From contig DATCTK010000044.1 of the NCBI GenBank assembly GCA_036567985.1, forward strand, positions 14,062 to 78,061: a stretch of DNA of 64,000 nt, written 5' to 3'. The notes under the pieces were generated by a model. It had not been told where the DNA came from, did no database searches, and saw nothing but the letters and a program-made list of their open reading frames with translations. Numbering within the stretch: position 1 is the stretch's first letter; every line of letters starts with the position of its first letter. Source of the stretch: Gammaproteobacteria bacterium. Lineage in GTDB: Bacteria > Pseudomonadota > Gammaproteobacteria > SZUA-229. Below, in pieces: positions 28,531-38,532 of this stretch. The position numbers were made by a program, and so were the translations under genes.

Positions 28531-29112
28531 ATGAGAATGAGAACCAAATGGCATAATAAAGAGCGTGAAGTCAGCGTTGAAGAAAAAGCCAATACCATGG
28601 CCTTTATCTCCTGGCGAATTGCCGCGGGCATGGTGCTGAACCTGGAAAACGAGAATTTCCAGACTGACACCCAGCAACAGCGCCTGGAAGTGATTAAGGA
28701 AGCACTGGCCTTCCTGGTGTCGGTGACTGACCGGCTGGTGGCGGGGCAGATGGAACAGCAGGAACGACAGGAATTTATCGTCAAGTTCGCTACCAAGCTG
28801 GCAAAAACCTTCCAGGAAAATTGTGAAGACCTGATCGAGCGGGGCGTGGATTATAAAAAGCCCTTTATCGATGTGCTGAACCAGCGCCTTGATGCCTATG
28901 CCGCCTGCTCATGGGATGATGAAGCGGACATGCCCGGTTTTAAATACATGCGTGATTTCGGTGATTTTGTCAGCGCGGTGATGGGTGAGCGGGATCGTAA
29001 ATGGATTACCGACCAGGTGCTGGCGATTGAAGTGCCTGAGATGATGGAAAACCTGAAAAAAGCCAAATATGAAATGGTGGATGGACGCAGCTCGGCCCGC
29101 CTGGGCGACTAG
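28531..29112 (+). CDS. Hypothetical protein (193 aa)
   Basis: ORF followed by a bidirectional terminator. Confidence 0.45.
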   Translation: MRMRTKWHNKEREVSVEEKANTMAFISWRIAAGMVLNLENENFQTDTQQQRLEVIKEALAFLVSVTDRLVAGQMEQQERQEFIVKFATKLAKTFQENCEDLIERGVDYKKPFIDVLNQRLDAYAACSWDDEADMPGFKYMRDFGDFVSAVMGERDRKWITDQVLAIEVPEMMENLKKAKYEMVDGRSSARLGD

Positions 29113-29154
29113 CTGGGTTGTCTTGTGCATCAACGTTTTCTTTTAAGACACAAA

Positions 29155-29190
29155 CAAAAAAGGGGCCGAAATTAATCTGGCCCCTTTTAT
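29155..29190. terminator. Bidirectional rho-independent terminator (aaaaaaggggccgaaattaatctggccccttttatt)
   Basis: GC stem flanked by an A-tract and a T-tract, lying between convergent genes. Confidence 0.7.
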
Positions 29191-29234
29191 TAAACTGAAG
29201 CGTTAACTTCAAGTCACTGTTTCAAGCGCGTAGA

Positions 29235-29431
29235 TTACGCTTTGAAGTTAGCAGCGTTATCTGTGTTGTGATTGCTGCCATCTTCGTAGCCTGCTTCATA
29301 GGCTTCGTTAGAGTTCTGTTCTTCACGCTCCGGGTTACATACGTAACCACCTTGCCAACCCTGGATGTATTCTGGATCGATACCATCTTTTTCCAGTTTA
29401 ACAACTGTGTCATAGTATTCTTGGTTCATAG
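29235..29431 (-). CDS. Small acidic protein (64 aa) with a perfect AGGAG RBS
   Basis: The start is placed at the internal ATG preceded by aggagttagctATG. The Asn/Glu/Tyr-rich C-terminus is hydrophilin-like. Confidence 0.5.
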
Positions 29432-29981
29432 CTAACTCCTGGTAAAGACCATGTTTAGTCACATATCGTTGGCTGTGCTGCCAGCGACACTTGAAATAGG
29501 TTAATGTCGGAAAAAGGCAGTCGAGTACCTTTTTCAGAATGCGCGATAGTATAGCAGACTGATAAACTGGCTATATATCCCTATAGGGAGGGGTGGAACA
29601 TCTACCCTAGTAAGTCAGGGGATTCTACGGCTAAAGCGCGAAAAATCAAGGATTAAGCTCATTTCTGCACTAAAACCGTCGCAAAAGCCGTCATCACGGG
29701 CTGTGCGGTGGTGTCGCTAACCCGGCGGCCAGCTCATGTCAGCGCCTGCTGTGGGCCATGTCGGCGCGCTGGTGGGCTGATTCAGCATCACTGCACAGTG
29801 GCGGGGACTAAATCCACAAATAAGCCCCGTTTATGTTCATTATTAAACTCTGTTAATATGCAGCGGTTTAAATGAGAATTATTCTCCCCATATAGGGATA
29901 TACGCTGCCCGCGGGCCCTGCTTTATGCTAGGCGGTGCCTGTCTGGCGAATCCCCCCAATAGCAAGATTAAGAGGTTTACC

Positions 29982-30416
29982 ATGTCTGAAGAAATGCCGA
30001 TGAACGACCCCGATTATGCCAGTGGCATAGCGGCATTCGAGGAGAAAAATTTCAATACCGCGATGCGCTTTCTGAACAGATACGCCCAGGAAGGTGATGC
30101 AGAGGCCCAGCACAAGGTGGCCATTATGTATCAGAATGGTCTGGGTGTGGTTGCCAATGACGAGAATGCCTTCAAATGGATGAAAGCCGCCGCCGAACAG
30201 GGGCATGCGATTGCGCAGCACGGCCTGGGCTTTATGTATATGGAAGGCGAGTGCATTGCCCAGGACCTGGGCGAAGCCATGTGCTGGTTTGAAAAAGCCG
30301 CCGAGCAGGGCCTGATTGGTTCCATGACCACCATTGCCATGATGTATGAAGAAGGCCGTGGTGTTGAAAAAAACCAGGACAAGGCGCAGGAGTGGTATAA
30401 GAAAGCCGGCTTCTAG
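29982..30416 (+). CDS. Sel1-repeat (TPR-like) protein
   Basis: Repeated AxxxLGxMYxxGxGVxxDxxxAxxWxxKAAEQG units. An AAGAGG RBS precedes the ATG at 29982. Confidence 0.75.
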   Translation: MSEEMPMNDPDYASGIAAFEEKNFNTAMRFLNRYAQEGDAEAQHKVAIMYQNGLGVVANDENAFKWMKAAAEQGHAIAQHGLGFMYMEGECIAQDLGEAMCWFEKAAEQGLIGSMTTIAMMYEEGRGVEKNQDKAQEWYKKAGF

Positions 30417-30435
30417 TAAGTAACTGTCCAGCTCA

Positions 30436-30525
30436 CCTCTGGGGCGCTCCATCTCTGCGTTGAAAAATGGTCATTTACGCGTTGTAAACTCACATTTTTC
30501 GCCTTGAGCTGAAGCACCCCAGAGG
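30436..30525 (+). repeat. Structured leader element A (core ctgcgttgaaaaatggtcatttacgcgttgtaaactcacatttttcgccttg, flanked by the 12-bp inverted repeat cctctggggcgc / gcaccccagagg)
   Basis: About 90% identical to the element at 31661-31765. Each sits in the 5' leader of one of the two consecutive genes, the MoxR-like AAA+ gene and the vWA/HExxH gene. Confidence 0.55.
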
Positions 30526-30604
30526 CAATCTGAACAGTCACGGTCAATGTTAAATTAAAGCTATAAACTTCATCTAAAAGCAAAATTATTAATTCGGGAT
30601 AGTC

Positions 30605-31645
30605 ATGCGCCCAGCAAAATTATTATCAGTTCTTAATCGTGAATTTCTCAGTACCGAAACCGGTCATCACACCCCGGTGATGTTGTGGGGGCCACCGGGG
30701 GTGGGCAAGTCGCAGATGGTTGCCCAGGTGGCGGAGCGACACGACATTCCGGTGATTGATATCCGCCTGTCACAGATGGAGCCCAGCGACCTGCGGGGGA
30801 TTCCGTTTAAAAACGGTAATGCGGTGGAGTGGGCCGTGCCGGCGATGCTGCCGGATGCGGAGCGTCACGGAGCAAAAGGTATTCTGTTCCTGGACGAGGT
30901 GACCTCGGCCCCGCCCAGTGTCTCCGCTGCCGCCTACCAGCTGATTCTGGATCGGAAGCTGGGTAACTATGAAGTGCCCGATGGGTGGGCGATTTTTGCC
31001 GCGGGCAACCGCCAGGGCGACCGCGGTGTCACCTACACCATGCCGGCGCCACTGGCCAATCGCTTCTCCCATTATGAAGTGGATGTCAACCTGGATGACT
31101 GGGTGGCCTGGGCCTGGGAGCACAACATCAATGAGCGGGTGATCGGTTTCCTGCGTTTCCGTCCCGATCTGCTGTTTGATTTTGACCCGGCGCATAACCC
31201 GGTGGCCTTCCCCTCGCCACGTTCCTGGGAGTTTGCCCACAATGCACTGCACAAGTTCGAGGATCACCCCGATCTGTTGCTGGGTACACTGCAGGCCTGT
31301 GTAGGCCCGGCGGCAGGGGTGGAACTGAATGCCTTTATCGAAAGCCTGGATCAGATGCCGGATCTGGATGCGATTATTGCCGGTGAAAAAGTCGCGGCAC
31401 CTAAAGAGATTGATCTGCAATACGCGGTGGCCGCCGCACTGGTGGGTCGTGCGATTCGCGTCAGGGGCACTGCTGAAGCCCCCCAGGTGATGGGCAATAT
31501 TCTCAAATACGCGAAAAATTTCCGCCAGAAGGAAATGGGTGTGATGATGGTGTCGGATATGCACCGCGCGATTGGTGAGGATATCTTCGCGGTGCCGGAG
31601 TTTGCCGAATGGGCAAATGATATCGCCGAGCTAATGATTTATTAA
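30605..31645 (+). CDS. MoxR-like AAA+ ATPase (AAA_5 family)
   Basis: 346 aa with Walker A GPPGVGKS, Walker B ILFLDEV and sensor motifs. Confidence 0.85.
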   Translation: MRPAKLLSVLNREFLSTETGHHTPVMLWGPPGVGKSQMVAQVAERHDIPVIDIRLSQMEPSDLRGIPFKNGNAVEWAVPAMLPDAERHGAKGILFLDEVTSAPPSVSAAAYQLILDRKLGNYEVPDGWAIFAAGNRQGDRGVTYTMPAPLANRFSHYEVDVNLDDWVAWAWEHNINERVIGFLRFRPDLLFDFDPAHNPVAFPSPRSWEFAHNALHKFEDHPDLLLGTLQACVGPAAGVELNAFIESLDQMPDLDAIIAGEKVAAPKEIDLQYAVAAALVGRAIRVRGTAEAPQVMGNILKYAKNFRQKEMGVMMVSDMHRAIGEDIFAVPEFAEWANDIAELMIY

Positions 31646-31660
31646 AATAATGGTCCATAT

Positions 31661-31765
31661 TAGCCCTGTGCCATCACATGCCTGCGTTGAAAAATGGACA
31701 CTTACCTATGTAAGCTCACATTTTTCGCCTTGCCCTGTGACCGCACAGAACTAATCTGAACCATT
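31661..31765 (+). repeat. Structured leader element B (core ctgcgttgaaaaatggacacttacctatgtaagctcacatttttcgccttg)
   Basis: Direct repeat of element A. It lies between the MoxR stop and the vWA gene start. Confidence 0.55.
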
Positions 31766-31793
31766 ATTTGCCCCTGTGAGTTTCATATAAAAC

Positions 31794-33101
31794 ATGGCAA
31801 TTGATCTGGAAAAAAAGCTGGCGACTGCTCGCACAAAACTGATCCTGGAAAAACCCTTCCTGGGCGCACTGGTATTGCGCCTGCCGATGGTGCGCGCAAA
31901 GGATGACTGGTGTGATGCCACCTTCAGCAATGGCAAGAAGCTGTATTACAACGAGCACTATATCGATGCGCTGAGCCCCGAGCAGACCCAGTTTGCACTG
32001 GCCCATGAAGCGCTGCACTGTGCACTGTCACATTTCGCCCGTCGCCAGAACCGGGTGCAGCACCGCTGGGACATGGCCTGTGACTTTGCCATCAATCCGA
32101 TGCTAATCAACGACGGTATGAAACCGCCGCCGGATGTGAATTATCTGCGCGAATACGACGGCATGACGGCCGAGGAAATTTATCCACTGCTCGAAGATAA
32201 CGATAATGATCGGGAGCGGGAGCTGCAACAGGAGATCAACCCGGATTCTGATAATGATCAGGACGAGGACAACGAAAGCAGTACCGGTGATCAGCCCGAG
32301 GAACAGCACGAAGGTAAAAACCAGAAACAGAAAAGTGACTCCCAGGGGCGCGGTGAAGATCAGGGCGGTGCCCGTGAGGACAATTCAGAGGCCAGTGGTG
32401 ATGACGGCAAACAGCAGTCGGGCCCACCGGAAGAAGGCGAGGGTGAGCCGGAGCCGCTGACCCCGCAGGAAATCGAATCGCTCAGCCTGCAATGGCAGCA
32501 GCGCATGGCCAGTGCCGCGCAGCAGGCGATACAGGCGGGCAAGCTGGGTGGCTCAATGGCGCGCATGGTGGATCACCTGCTGCAGCCCCGATTGCCCTGG
32601 CGCATGTTGCTGTCACGCTATATCACCATGGTCGCGAGGGATGATTACACCTATGCGCGGCCCTCAAGCCGCCGTGGCGACCCGGCAGTGTATCCCAGCC
32701 TGCGCAGCGCGCAGCTGAATATTGTGGTGGCGCTGGATATCAGTGGCTCGATTTCGGAAAAGGAAGTGGCGGAGTTTGTCTCCGAGGTGGATTCAATTAA
32801 AAGCATGATCCGCGCCCGGGTGACCCTGCTGGCCTGTGACTCCCACCTGGCGGAAGGCTGCCCCTGGGTATTCGAGCCCTGGGAAGAATTTAAAATGCCA
32901 AAGACCTTCAAGGGCGGCGGCGGCACCCGCTTTACCCCGGTTATCGAATGGGTAGAAGCGCAGGACGAAGCCCCTAATTTGCTAGTGTACTTTACTGATG
33001 CCCAGGGTGAGTTTCCTGATAAAGAACCCAGCTTTCCAGTCACCTGGCTGGTTAAAGGCAAAACACCGGTGCCCTGGGGGCAGCGGGTGCAGTTAAACTA
33101 G
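31794..33101 (+). CDS. vWA-domain protein with an N-terminal putative HExxH zinc-metallopeptidase domain (DUF2201-type architecture)
   Basis: 435 aa. HEALHCALSH (HExxH) sits in the N-domain. The C-domain has a VWA fold with the MIDAS-like VVALDISGS. In between is an acidic, low-complexity linker (DNDQDEDNESSTGDQPEE...). Confidence 0.7.
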   Translation: MAIDLEKKLATARTKLILEKPFLGALVLRLPMVRAKDDWCDATFSNGKKLYYNEHYIDALSPEQTQFALAHEALHCALSHFARRQNRVQHRWDMACDFAINPMLINDGMKPPPDVNYLREYDGMTAEEIYPLLEDNDNDRERELQQEINPDSDNDQDEDNESSTGDQPEEQHEGKNQKQKSDSQGRGEDQGGAREDNSEASGDDGKQQSGPPEEGEGEPEPLTPQEIESLSLQWQQRMASAAQQAIQAGKLGGSMARMVDHLLQPRLPWRMLLSRYITMVARDDYTYARPSSRRGDPAVYPSLRSAQLNIVVALDISGSISEKEVAEFVSEVDSIKSMIRARVTLLACDSHLAEGCPWVFEPWEEFKMPKTFKGGGGTRFTPVIEWVEAQDEAPNLLVYFTDAQGEFPDKEPSFPVTWLVKGKTPVPWGQRVQLN

Positions 33102-33178
33102 TCGCCGGAAAATACCGGTGCGAAATTTCCTGTGTCGCCTGCACACACGATAGAATATAACGTTTAAAACAGAAAGTA

Positions 33179-34297
33179 GTGGTTATGGATCTCTCCCCGG
33201 AAGACAGTCTTCGTCTCAATGTATTGCTCACCCAGGGTCTGCAGGCGGTGCGCGTGGATGCCTCACGCATGAAGGTTTATGCCCTTACGGAGCGTGGCGA
33301 GGCACAGGTGCCGCTCAACCCCAATTGCCGTGATGAACAGTATCTGCGCAATGTTAAATCTCTGTTCTCCTCCCACTCGATCGGCTCACCCGGTGGCTAT
33401 CCGGTGTACCTCAAACGCTGGACACGCATGGGACAGGCCAGGGACGAAAGTCTGGACCAGCTGCTGGTGCTGGGTGAAGAGGAGGCTGTGGTGGCGGTGG
33501 TGCATGCCGCGGGCCTGACCGATGAAATTGCCCGTCGTGCCTGGTGGTGTATGCCCACCACCGATAATGCACGGCGCATGCTGGAAAAAAAGGCGGTGGT
33601 GGAAGGCAAAATGGGGCCGATTCTGGCGGAGTTCCTGATTGAGCACCTGCCGTTTGAAGATGAACCCCTGGCGATGATCGACAGTGTCAGGGCTGCTCTG
33701 CAGCCGGGGCTGGTGACCGAGGAGCTGCGCCAGAGCCTGTGGCAGAAAGCGCGCCAGAAGGGCGCCTACTATGTGGGCTTTCTGCAGGCCATGCCCGATG
33801 ACCTGCCCGGCGATGCCGCGCCCCATGCGAACTATGAACACTATAAAGAAGTGCTGGCACCACTGGTGGATAAAGGCAATCCCGCCGCGGCATTATTGCT
33901 CAAGGTGATGTCCGCCGCCGGGCAGAACTATCTGGATACTATTGATGCCGCGCTGAAACGTCCCAGTGACCAGAATGTGGTGGTGGCGCTGTTTATGACC
34001 ATCGAACGCTATTTCGCGGATGTCTGCCCGGGCTTTGTCAACCGCCGTGATATCCAGCTGATTATTGATGAGGCCGGTCAGCGCTGTGCCGAGTGCGATG
34101 AGTCACTGGCGGAAATCAAGGCGTTATTACCGGATGTCGAACCCTATTTGCAGGCGATGATGGTGTTATCCGGCTATTGCGAAGAATTAACCTACCCGGT
34201 GTTCGGCCAGACCGATGCCATTGGCTCGGTGATGCGCAAACGCATCAAGCACCTGACAGACCCGATTAAAGCACACACCCAGCAACTGAGAAGCTGA
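33179..34297 (+). CDS. Hypothetical protein (372 aa), co-directional with the MoxR/vWA genes
   Basis: ORF with no recognised motif. Confidence 0.45.
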   Translation: MVMDLSPEDSLRLNVLLTQGLQAVRVDASRMKVYALTERGEAQVPLNPNCRDEQYLRNVKSLFSSHSIGSPGGYPVYLKRWTRMGQARDESLDQLLVLGEEEAVVAVVHAAGLTDEIARRAWWCMPTTDNARRMLEKKAVVEGKMGPILAEFLIEHLPFEDEPLAMIDSVRAALQPGLVTEELRQSLWQKARQKGAYYVGFLQAMPDDLPGDAAPHANYEHYKEVLAPLVDKGNPAAALLLKVMSAAGQNYLDTIDAALKRPSDQNVVVALFMTIERYFADVCPGFVNRRDIQLIIDEAGQRCAECDESLAEIKALLPDVEPYLQAMMVLSGYCEELTYPVFGQTDAIGSVMRKRIKHLTDPIKAHTQQLRS

Positions 34298-34351
34298 CGG
34301 CCACGCTGGCCACAGCAGCTCGGGTTTTGCCGAACAATACCAGAGGCCGTT

Positions 34352-34891
34352 ATGCCATCACTGCATATCAGTAAAATTCACGTTACATTGAAGGTGAAGC
34401 TGCCCCCTGAATTACTCGAGCGGCATCTGCCATCCTCGGCGGCGGTGGTGGGTGAGGCGTTGACCGAGCAGGTGCTGGCAGCGGTTAAAAAACACCAGTT
34501 GAGTTATTTTCCGCCGCTGGACTACCTGGAGAAAGCAGGGGACATAGATGCGGACCTGCTGGATGCCACCGAAACCATCGCCTGGTTCGCCTGCAAACTG
34601 GTGCGCGAAGAAGTGAATAAAAAACTGCGTGGTTTTTTTTCCACTTTAAGCTTTCAGTCGGTCAAGTGTACCTCCTATGCCATGCCCGGTGTGCGTGCTA
34701 ACCAGCTCAATGCCTGGCACCAGTTGGTGGAACACTACACCCCCAATACCGTCAAGCTGGACATGATCGCCAGTGTGCTGAAAAAGGAAGAGTCACCCAA
34801 AGGGCTGGAAAACTGGTCAAAGCAGTTATTCCGGCGAAACCTGGAAGGGGTGTTTGAAGACTTTGAAGTCACCCAGACAGCTGTTCTATAG
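34352..34891 (+). CDS. Hypothetical protein (179 aa)
   Basis: ORF and last gene of the co-directional cluster. Confidence 0.45.
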   Translation: MPSLHISKIHVTLKVKLPPELLERHLPSSAAVVGEALTEQVLAAVKKHQLSYFPPLDYLEKAGDIDADLLDATETIAWFACKLVREEVNKKLRGFFSTLSFQSVKCTSYAMPGVRANQLNAWHQLVEHYTPNTVKLDMIASVLKKEESPKGLENWSKQLFRRNLEGVFEDFEVTQTAVL

Positions 34892-35005
34892 AGTAACCTC
34901 CCGACTTGTAGAGTTTTTTATAGGGTTTTTTCTGTAAAAGAGACAATTCCTGCCGATAAGCTGTGCTAGGCTTAAAACAGAAAAAACTGGTCTCGCGGGG
35001 AACTG

Positions 35006-35950
35006 ATGCTATTAAGGATATTTGGTCTATGCTGTGCGCTGGTCGTGTCTGGCTGTAGTCAGAATGGCGAACCCACCTTGCGTATCGGCACCAATGTATG
35101 GCCTGGTTATGAACCGCTGTATCTGGCCAGGCAGCTGGGCCATCTGGACAGCAAGCGTATCCGCCTGATTGAATACACCTCGACCTCCCAGGTACTGAAA
35201 GCCTATCGTAGTGGCCTGATCGATGGCGCTGCCGTTACCCTTGATGAAGCCATCAGCCTGCAGGCGGCGGGTGAGGATGTGCGTGTGGTGCTGGTGCTGG
35301 ATGTGTCTGACGGTGCAGACGCGCTGGTTGCACATCGGGATATAGCGCGGCTTGAGGATCTTGAAGGCAAACGTATCGGTGTTGAGCATTCCGCGCTGGG
35401 TGCCTATTTAATCAGCCGGATTATTACCAGGGCACAGCTGGATGAGAGCCAGTTGCAAATTGTGCCGCTGGAAGTGAACCGACATCAACGGGCGTTTCTT
35501 GATGGCGAGGTCGATGCGGTTGTGACCATGGAACCGGTTCGTAGCCGTTTGCTTGAAGCAGGTGGCCAGGTACTGTTTGACAGTTCGCAGATACCCGGTG
35601 AAATTGTTGATGTACTGATTGTGCGTGCCGACAGGCTGGCACAATTTGGCGGGCATGTGGAATATCTGCAAAACGTCTGGTTTGATGTGATAGCACAGAT
35701 AAAAAAATCACCACAGCTACATCTGGCAGATTTGAATAGCCGCTTACGGCTGGAGGAAAACGATGCCAGGTTCGCATTCAGCGCAATCCGCTTTCCCGAC
35801 AGAACAGATAATCAGCGCATGTTGAGCGCAAGCGGAAAAAACAATTTGCTGCAGCTGTCTCGCGAGATGACTAAACTTATGCATGAACATCGTTTAATTC
35901 AGGCCCAGGTGAACACCGAGGTGATGTTCACAGGCAATAACCCCCAATAA
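35006..35950 (+). CDS. Periplasmic substrate-binding lipoprotein (NMT1/SsuA/TauA-like ABC-type binding fold), likely the sensing partner of the adjacent kinase
   Basis: Lipobox LVVSGCSQ. It has a type-2 periplasmic binding fold and lies immediately upstream of the hybrid HK, with no transporter genes nearby. Confidence 0.65.
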   Translation: MLLRIFGLCCALVVSGCSQNGEPTLRIGTNVWPGYEPLYLARQLGHLDSKRIRLIEYTSTSQVLKAYRSGLIDGAAVTLDEAISLQAAGEDVRVVLVLDVSDGADALVAHRDIARLEDLEGKRIGVEHSALGAYLISRIITRAQLDESQLQIVPLEVNRHQRAFLDGEVDAVVTMEPVRSRLLEAGGQVLFDSSQIPGEIVDVLIVRADRLAQFGGHVEYLQNVWFDVIAQIKKSPQLHLADLNSRLRLEENDARFAFSAIRFPDRTDNQRMLSASGKNNLLQLSREMTKLMHEHRLIQAQVNTEVMFTGNNPQ

Positions 35951-35958
35951 TACAGTGC

Positions 35959-38286
35959 GTGCCTATGCGATTTCCCCTCAGTGTTAAGGTTTCAATCGGT
36001 GTTGTAGTAGCCGTGGTGCTAATCGTTAGCATCCTGCTGGTAAATGCCTACTATTTTCTGATTGCCTACGAAACCGATGAGCTGAAACGTAAACTGCATG
36101 TTGACCTGTCACGCATGCAGCATACCCTGGAGTTTCTGTCCCGACATAATGAGCACGAACAAATGCAGGTGGAGCTGTCATCACTGGCGACACTGCCGCA
36201 TGTTCAACTGGCGCTGTTGCTTGATGAAAACAGCCGTGTTATTGCTTCCTCGCAACTGGTACACCTGGGGAAAAATGCTGTTGATGGTGTACTGACCCGT
36301 CAAGGCCAGGCAGTGCTGCAAAACAAACAGACATCAGGCAATCGCCTGAGTTCGCTGGTATGGGAGGACAAGAGTGCACAGCATCTGTTCGCGATTTATC
36401 CACTGGTGCTGGGCTTGCAGGATACTGACAAATTAATTGATAACCGTATCGGTTATATCTATGCACGCCTGGATCTTTCATGGGCCGCCGACAAATCGAT
36501 GCAGATACTGCAGCTAAAGGCTGCACCCATGCTGTTTATATTGCTGCTGATGGTGGCGTTTTTTATTGTCCTGCATGATCGGTTCCTGGTGCGCAGAATT
36601 AAAAATATTAACCAGGCGGCGAAAGCTTTTGCCAGTTCGGGTTATCAGTCACGGGCCAGGGTTAAAGGCAATGATGAGCTCACTGACCTGGCGATCAGCT
36701 TTAACCAGATGGCCGACACCGTAGAACAGAAAAATACCGAGCTGGTGAATAAGGAAGAAAGTATTTCATTGATACTGAATACCATGGAGAACGGTGTGAT
36801 CACCATTGATGAAGGCGGTCGGATACACAGTTTTAACCGTGCTGCAGAGAGAATGTTCGGTTACAGCGATACGGAAATTATCGGTAAAAATGTCAGTTGC
36901 ATTATGCCCGAGCCCTATCGCAGTGAACATAACGGTTATATACAGCATTTCCTGCAAACCGGTGAAAAGAAAATTATTGGCAATGCCCGCGATGTGCCAG
37001 CACAACACAAGGACGGAGATGAATTCTCAATTCACCTGTCTGTGAATGAGTTGCCATACCAGGTTGACGGTAAACGCATGTTTATCGGATCCTGCACAGA
37101 CATTACGCTGTTAAAACAGCAGGAGATGCAGTTAAGGCATAGCCAGAAAATGGATGCACTGGGTAAACTTACCGGTGGTATCGCCCATGACTACAATAAT
37201 ATGCTGGGGGTGATACTGGGGTATTCCGAGCTGTTGCTGGATCAGTTGCCCGATGATTCAAAAATTAAAAAATACGTTAATGAAATTTTCCATGCTGGCA
37301 ACCGGGGTGCGAATCTGACGAAAAAACTACTCTCATTTTCCCGGCAGAAATCGGCTGAGCCAGATGTGGTGGATATCAATAGTGTGCTGGAACAGAACAG
37401 AAACATGCTGGAAAAAACGCTCACTGCGCGTATCCAGCTTGAGTTTCATCAGCAGGCAGATCTGTGGCCGGTGTTTCTTGATCGAAATGACCTGGAAGAC
37501 GCCATATTAAATATGAGTATTAACGCCATGCATGCAATCGAAGGCAGTGGCAAGCTGGATATACAAACCCGTAATTTCAATATCGATCGAACGCAGGCGG
37601 CTGAACTAAAACTGCCGACAGGTGCGGGTGAATATGTGCGTCTACGCATTTGTGATACGGGTTATGGAATCGACGACGAGTCGCTGGGGCGTATCTTCGA
37701 TCCTTTTTATTCCACCAAGGGTGACCAGGGCAGTGGGCTGGGGCTGAGCCAGGTATATGGTTTTGTTAAACGCAGTTCGGGGCTGGTGCGGGTTGAATCG
37801 GAACTTGCCCGTGGTACCTGTTTTGATCTGTATTTCCCGCGTTATCTGGGGGAGCTGGTGCAAACAGCGTCAAATAAACAGACACAGGCAGCAACCGCGC
37901 GAGGCAAGGAAACGATTCTGGTGGTGGATGATGAGCCTTCATTGCGCTTTTTGCTGGAAGAAACCCTGAGCACGGTCGGTTATACGGTGTTTATGGCAGA
38001 AAATGCGGAACAGGCAATTGAGGTGCTGCAAAAGGAACACATTGACCTGATGATCAGCGATGTCATTATGCCGGGTATGGATGGCTATAAGCTGGCTGAA
38101 TATGTACGTGAACATTATCCGCAGATAAAAATTCAACTGGCCAGTGGATACAGTGATAACCGTCATCAGCAAAGTCGTGACCCGGAACTGCATGATACCC
38201 TGCTAGTAAAGCCCTTCGATCGTCAGCATTTGCTCTATCGAGTACGGGAGTTACTGCATGGAGATGCCACGGGTGGCGATGCATAG
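35959..38286 (+). CDS. Hybrid sensor histidine kinase (TM, HAMP, PAS, HisKA, HATPase_c, REC)
   Basis: 775 aa. Its H-box is AHDYNNMLGVI and it has HATPase motifs (DTGYGIDDE, GSGLGLS). A C-terminal receiver domain is present (VVDDEPS...DVIMPGMDG). Confidence 0.85.
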   Translation: MPMRFPLSVKVSIGVVVAVVLIVSILLVNAYYFLIAYETDELKRKLHVDLSRMQHTLEFLSRHNEHEQMQVELSSLATLPHVQLALLLDENSRVIASSQLVHLGKNAVDGVLTRQGQAVLQNKQTSGNRLSSLVWEDKSAQHLFAIYPLVLGLQDTDKLIDNRIGYIYARLDLSWAADKSMQILQLKAAPMLFILLLMVAFFIVLHDRFLVRRIKNINQAAKAFASSGYQSRARVKGNDELTDLAISFNQMADTVEQKNTELVNKEESISLILNTMENGVITIDEGGRIHSFNRAAERMFGYSDTEIIGKNVSCIMPEPYRSEHNGYIQHFLQTGEKKIIGNARDVPAQHKDGDEFSIHLSVNELPYQVDGKRMFIGSCTDITLLKQQEMQLRHSQKMDALGKLTGGIAHDYNNMLGVILGYSELLLDQLPDDSKIKKYVNEIFHAGNRGANLTKKLLSFSRQKSAEPDVVDINSVLEQNRNMLEKTLTARIQLEFHQQADLWPVFLDRNDLEDAILNMSINAMHAIEGSGKLDIQTRNFNIDRTQAAELKLPTGAGEYVRLRICDTGYGIDDESLGRIFDPFYSTKGDQGSGLGLSQVYGFVKRSSGLVRVESELARGTCFDLYFPRYLGELVQTASNKQTQAATARGKETILVVDDEPSLRFLLEETLSTVGYTVFMAENAEQAIEVLQKEHIDLMISDVIMPGMDGYKLAEYVREHYPQIKIQLASGYSDNRHQQSRDPELHDTLLVKPFDRQHLLYRVRELLHGDATGGDA

Positions 38287-38532
38287 GGACAATATTTAAA
38301 CGGTCAGTCCCGCAAGTTGCCCCAGCATTGTTCAAAGTGAGTCTGGATTATTCACAGACAGCCTATGCCACTTGTGCTACATATACAAAGCACTGGTTGA
38401 TTAAAGAGGATATGTAGCGATTGATGGCACGTGTATTACAGGATCATCTGCCTGATATGCAAAGGCAGAGCGTAGTTACAGCTTTGTCCGGGGTACAGAT
38501 GATCCGCACTGAGACAGGCCGGAAGGGATCTA

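Noticed and set aside
29463-29981. Possible small gene or tRNA in the 520-bp intergenic region before the Sel1 gene
   Set aside because: There is no tRNA-like cloverleaf or T-loop motif and no ORF with an RBS. The region carries two copies of the GGGATAT-type motif and is interpreted as regulatory.
30455-30506. Sigma-54 (-24/-12) promoter inside the repeated leader element
   Set aside because: GG and GC dinucleotides are present, but at 9-nt rather than the required spacing, and the two copies differ in the relevant positions.
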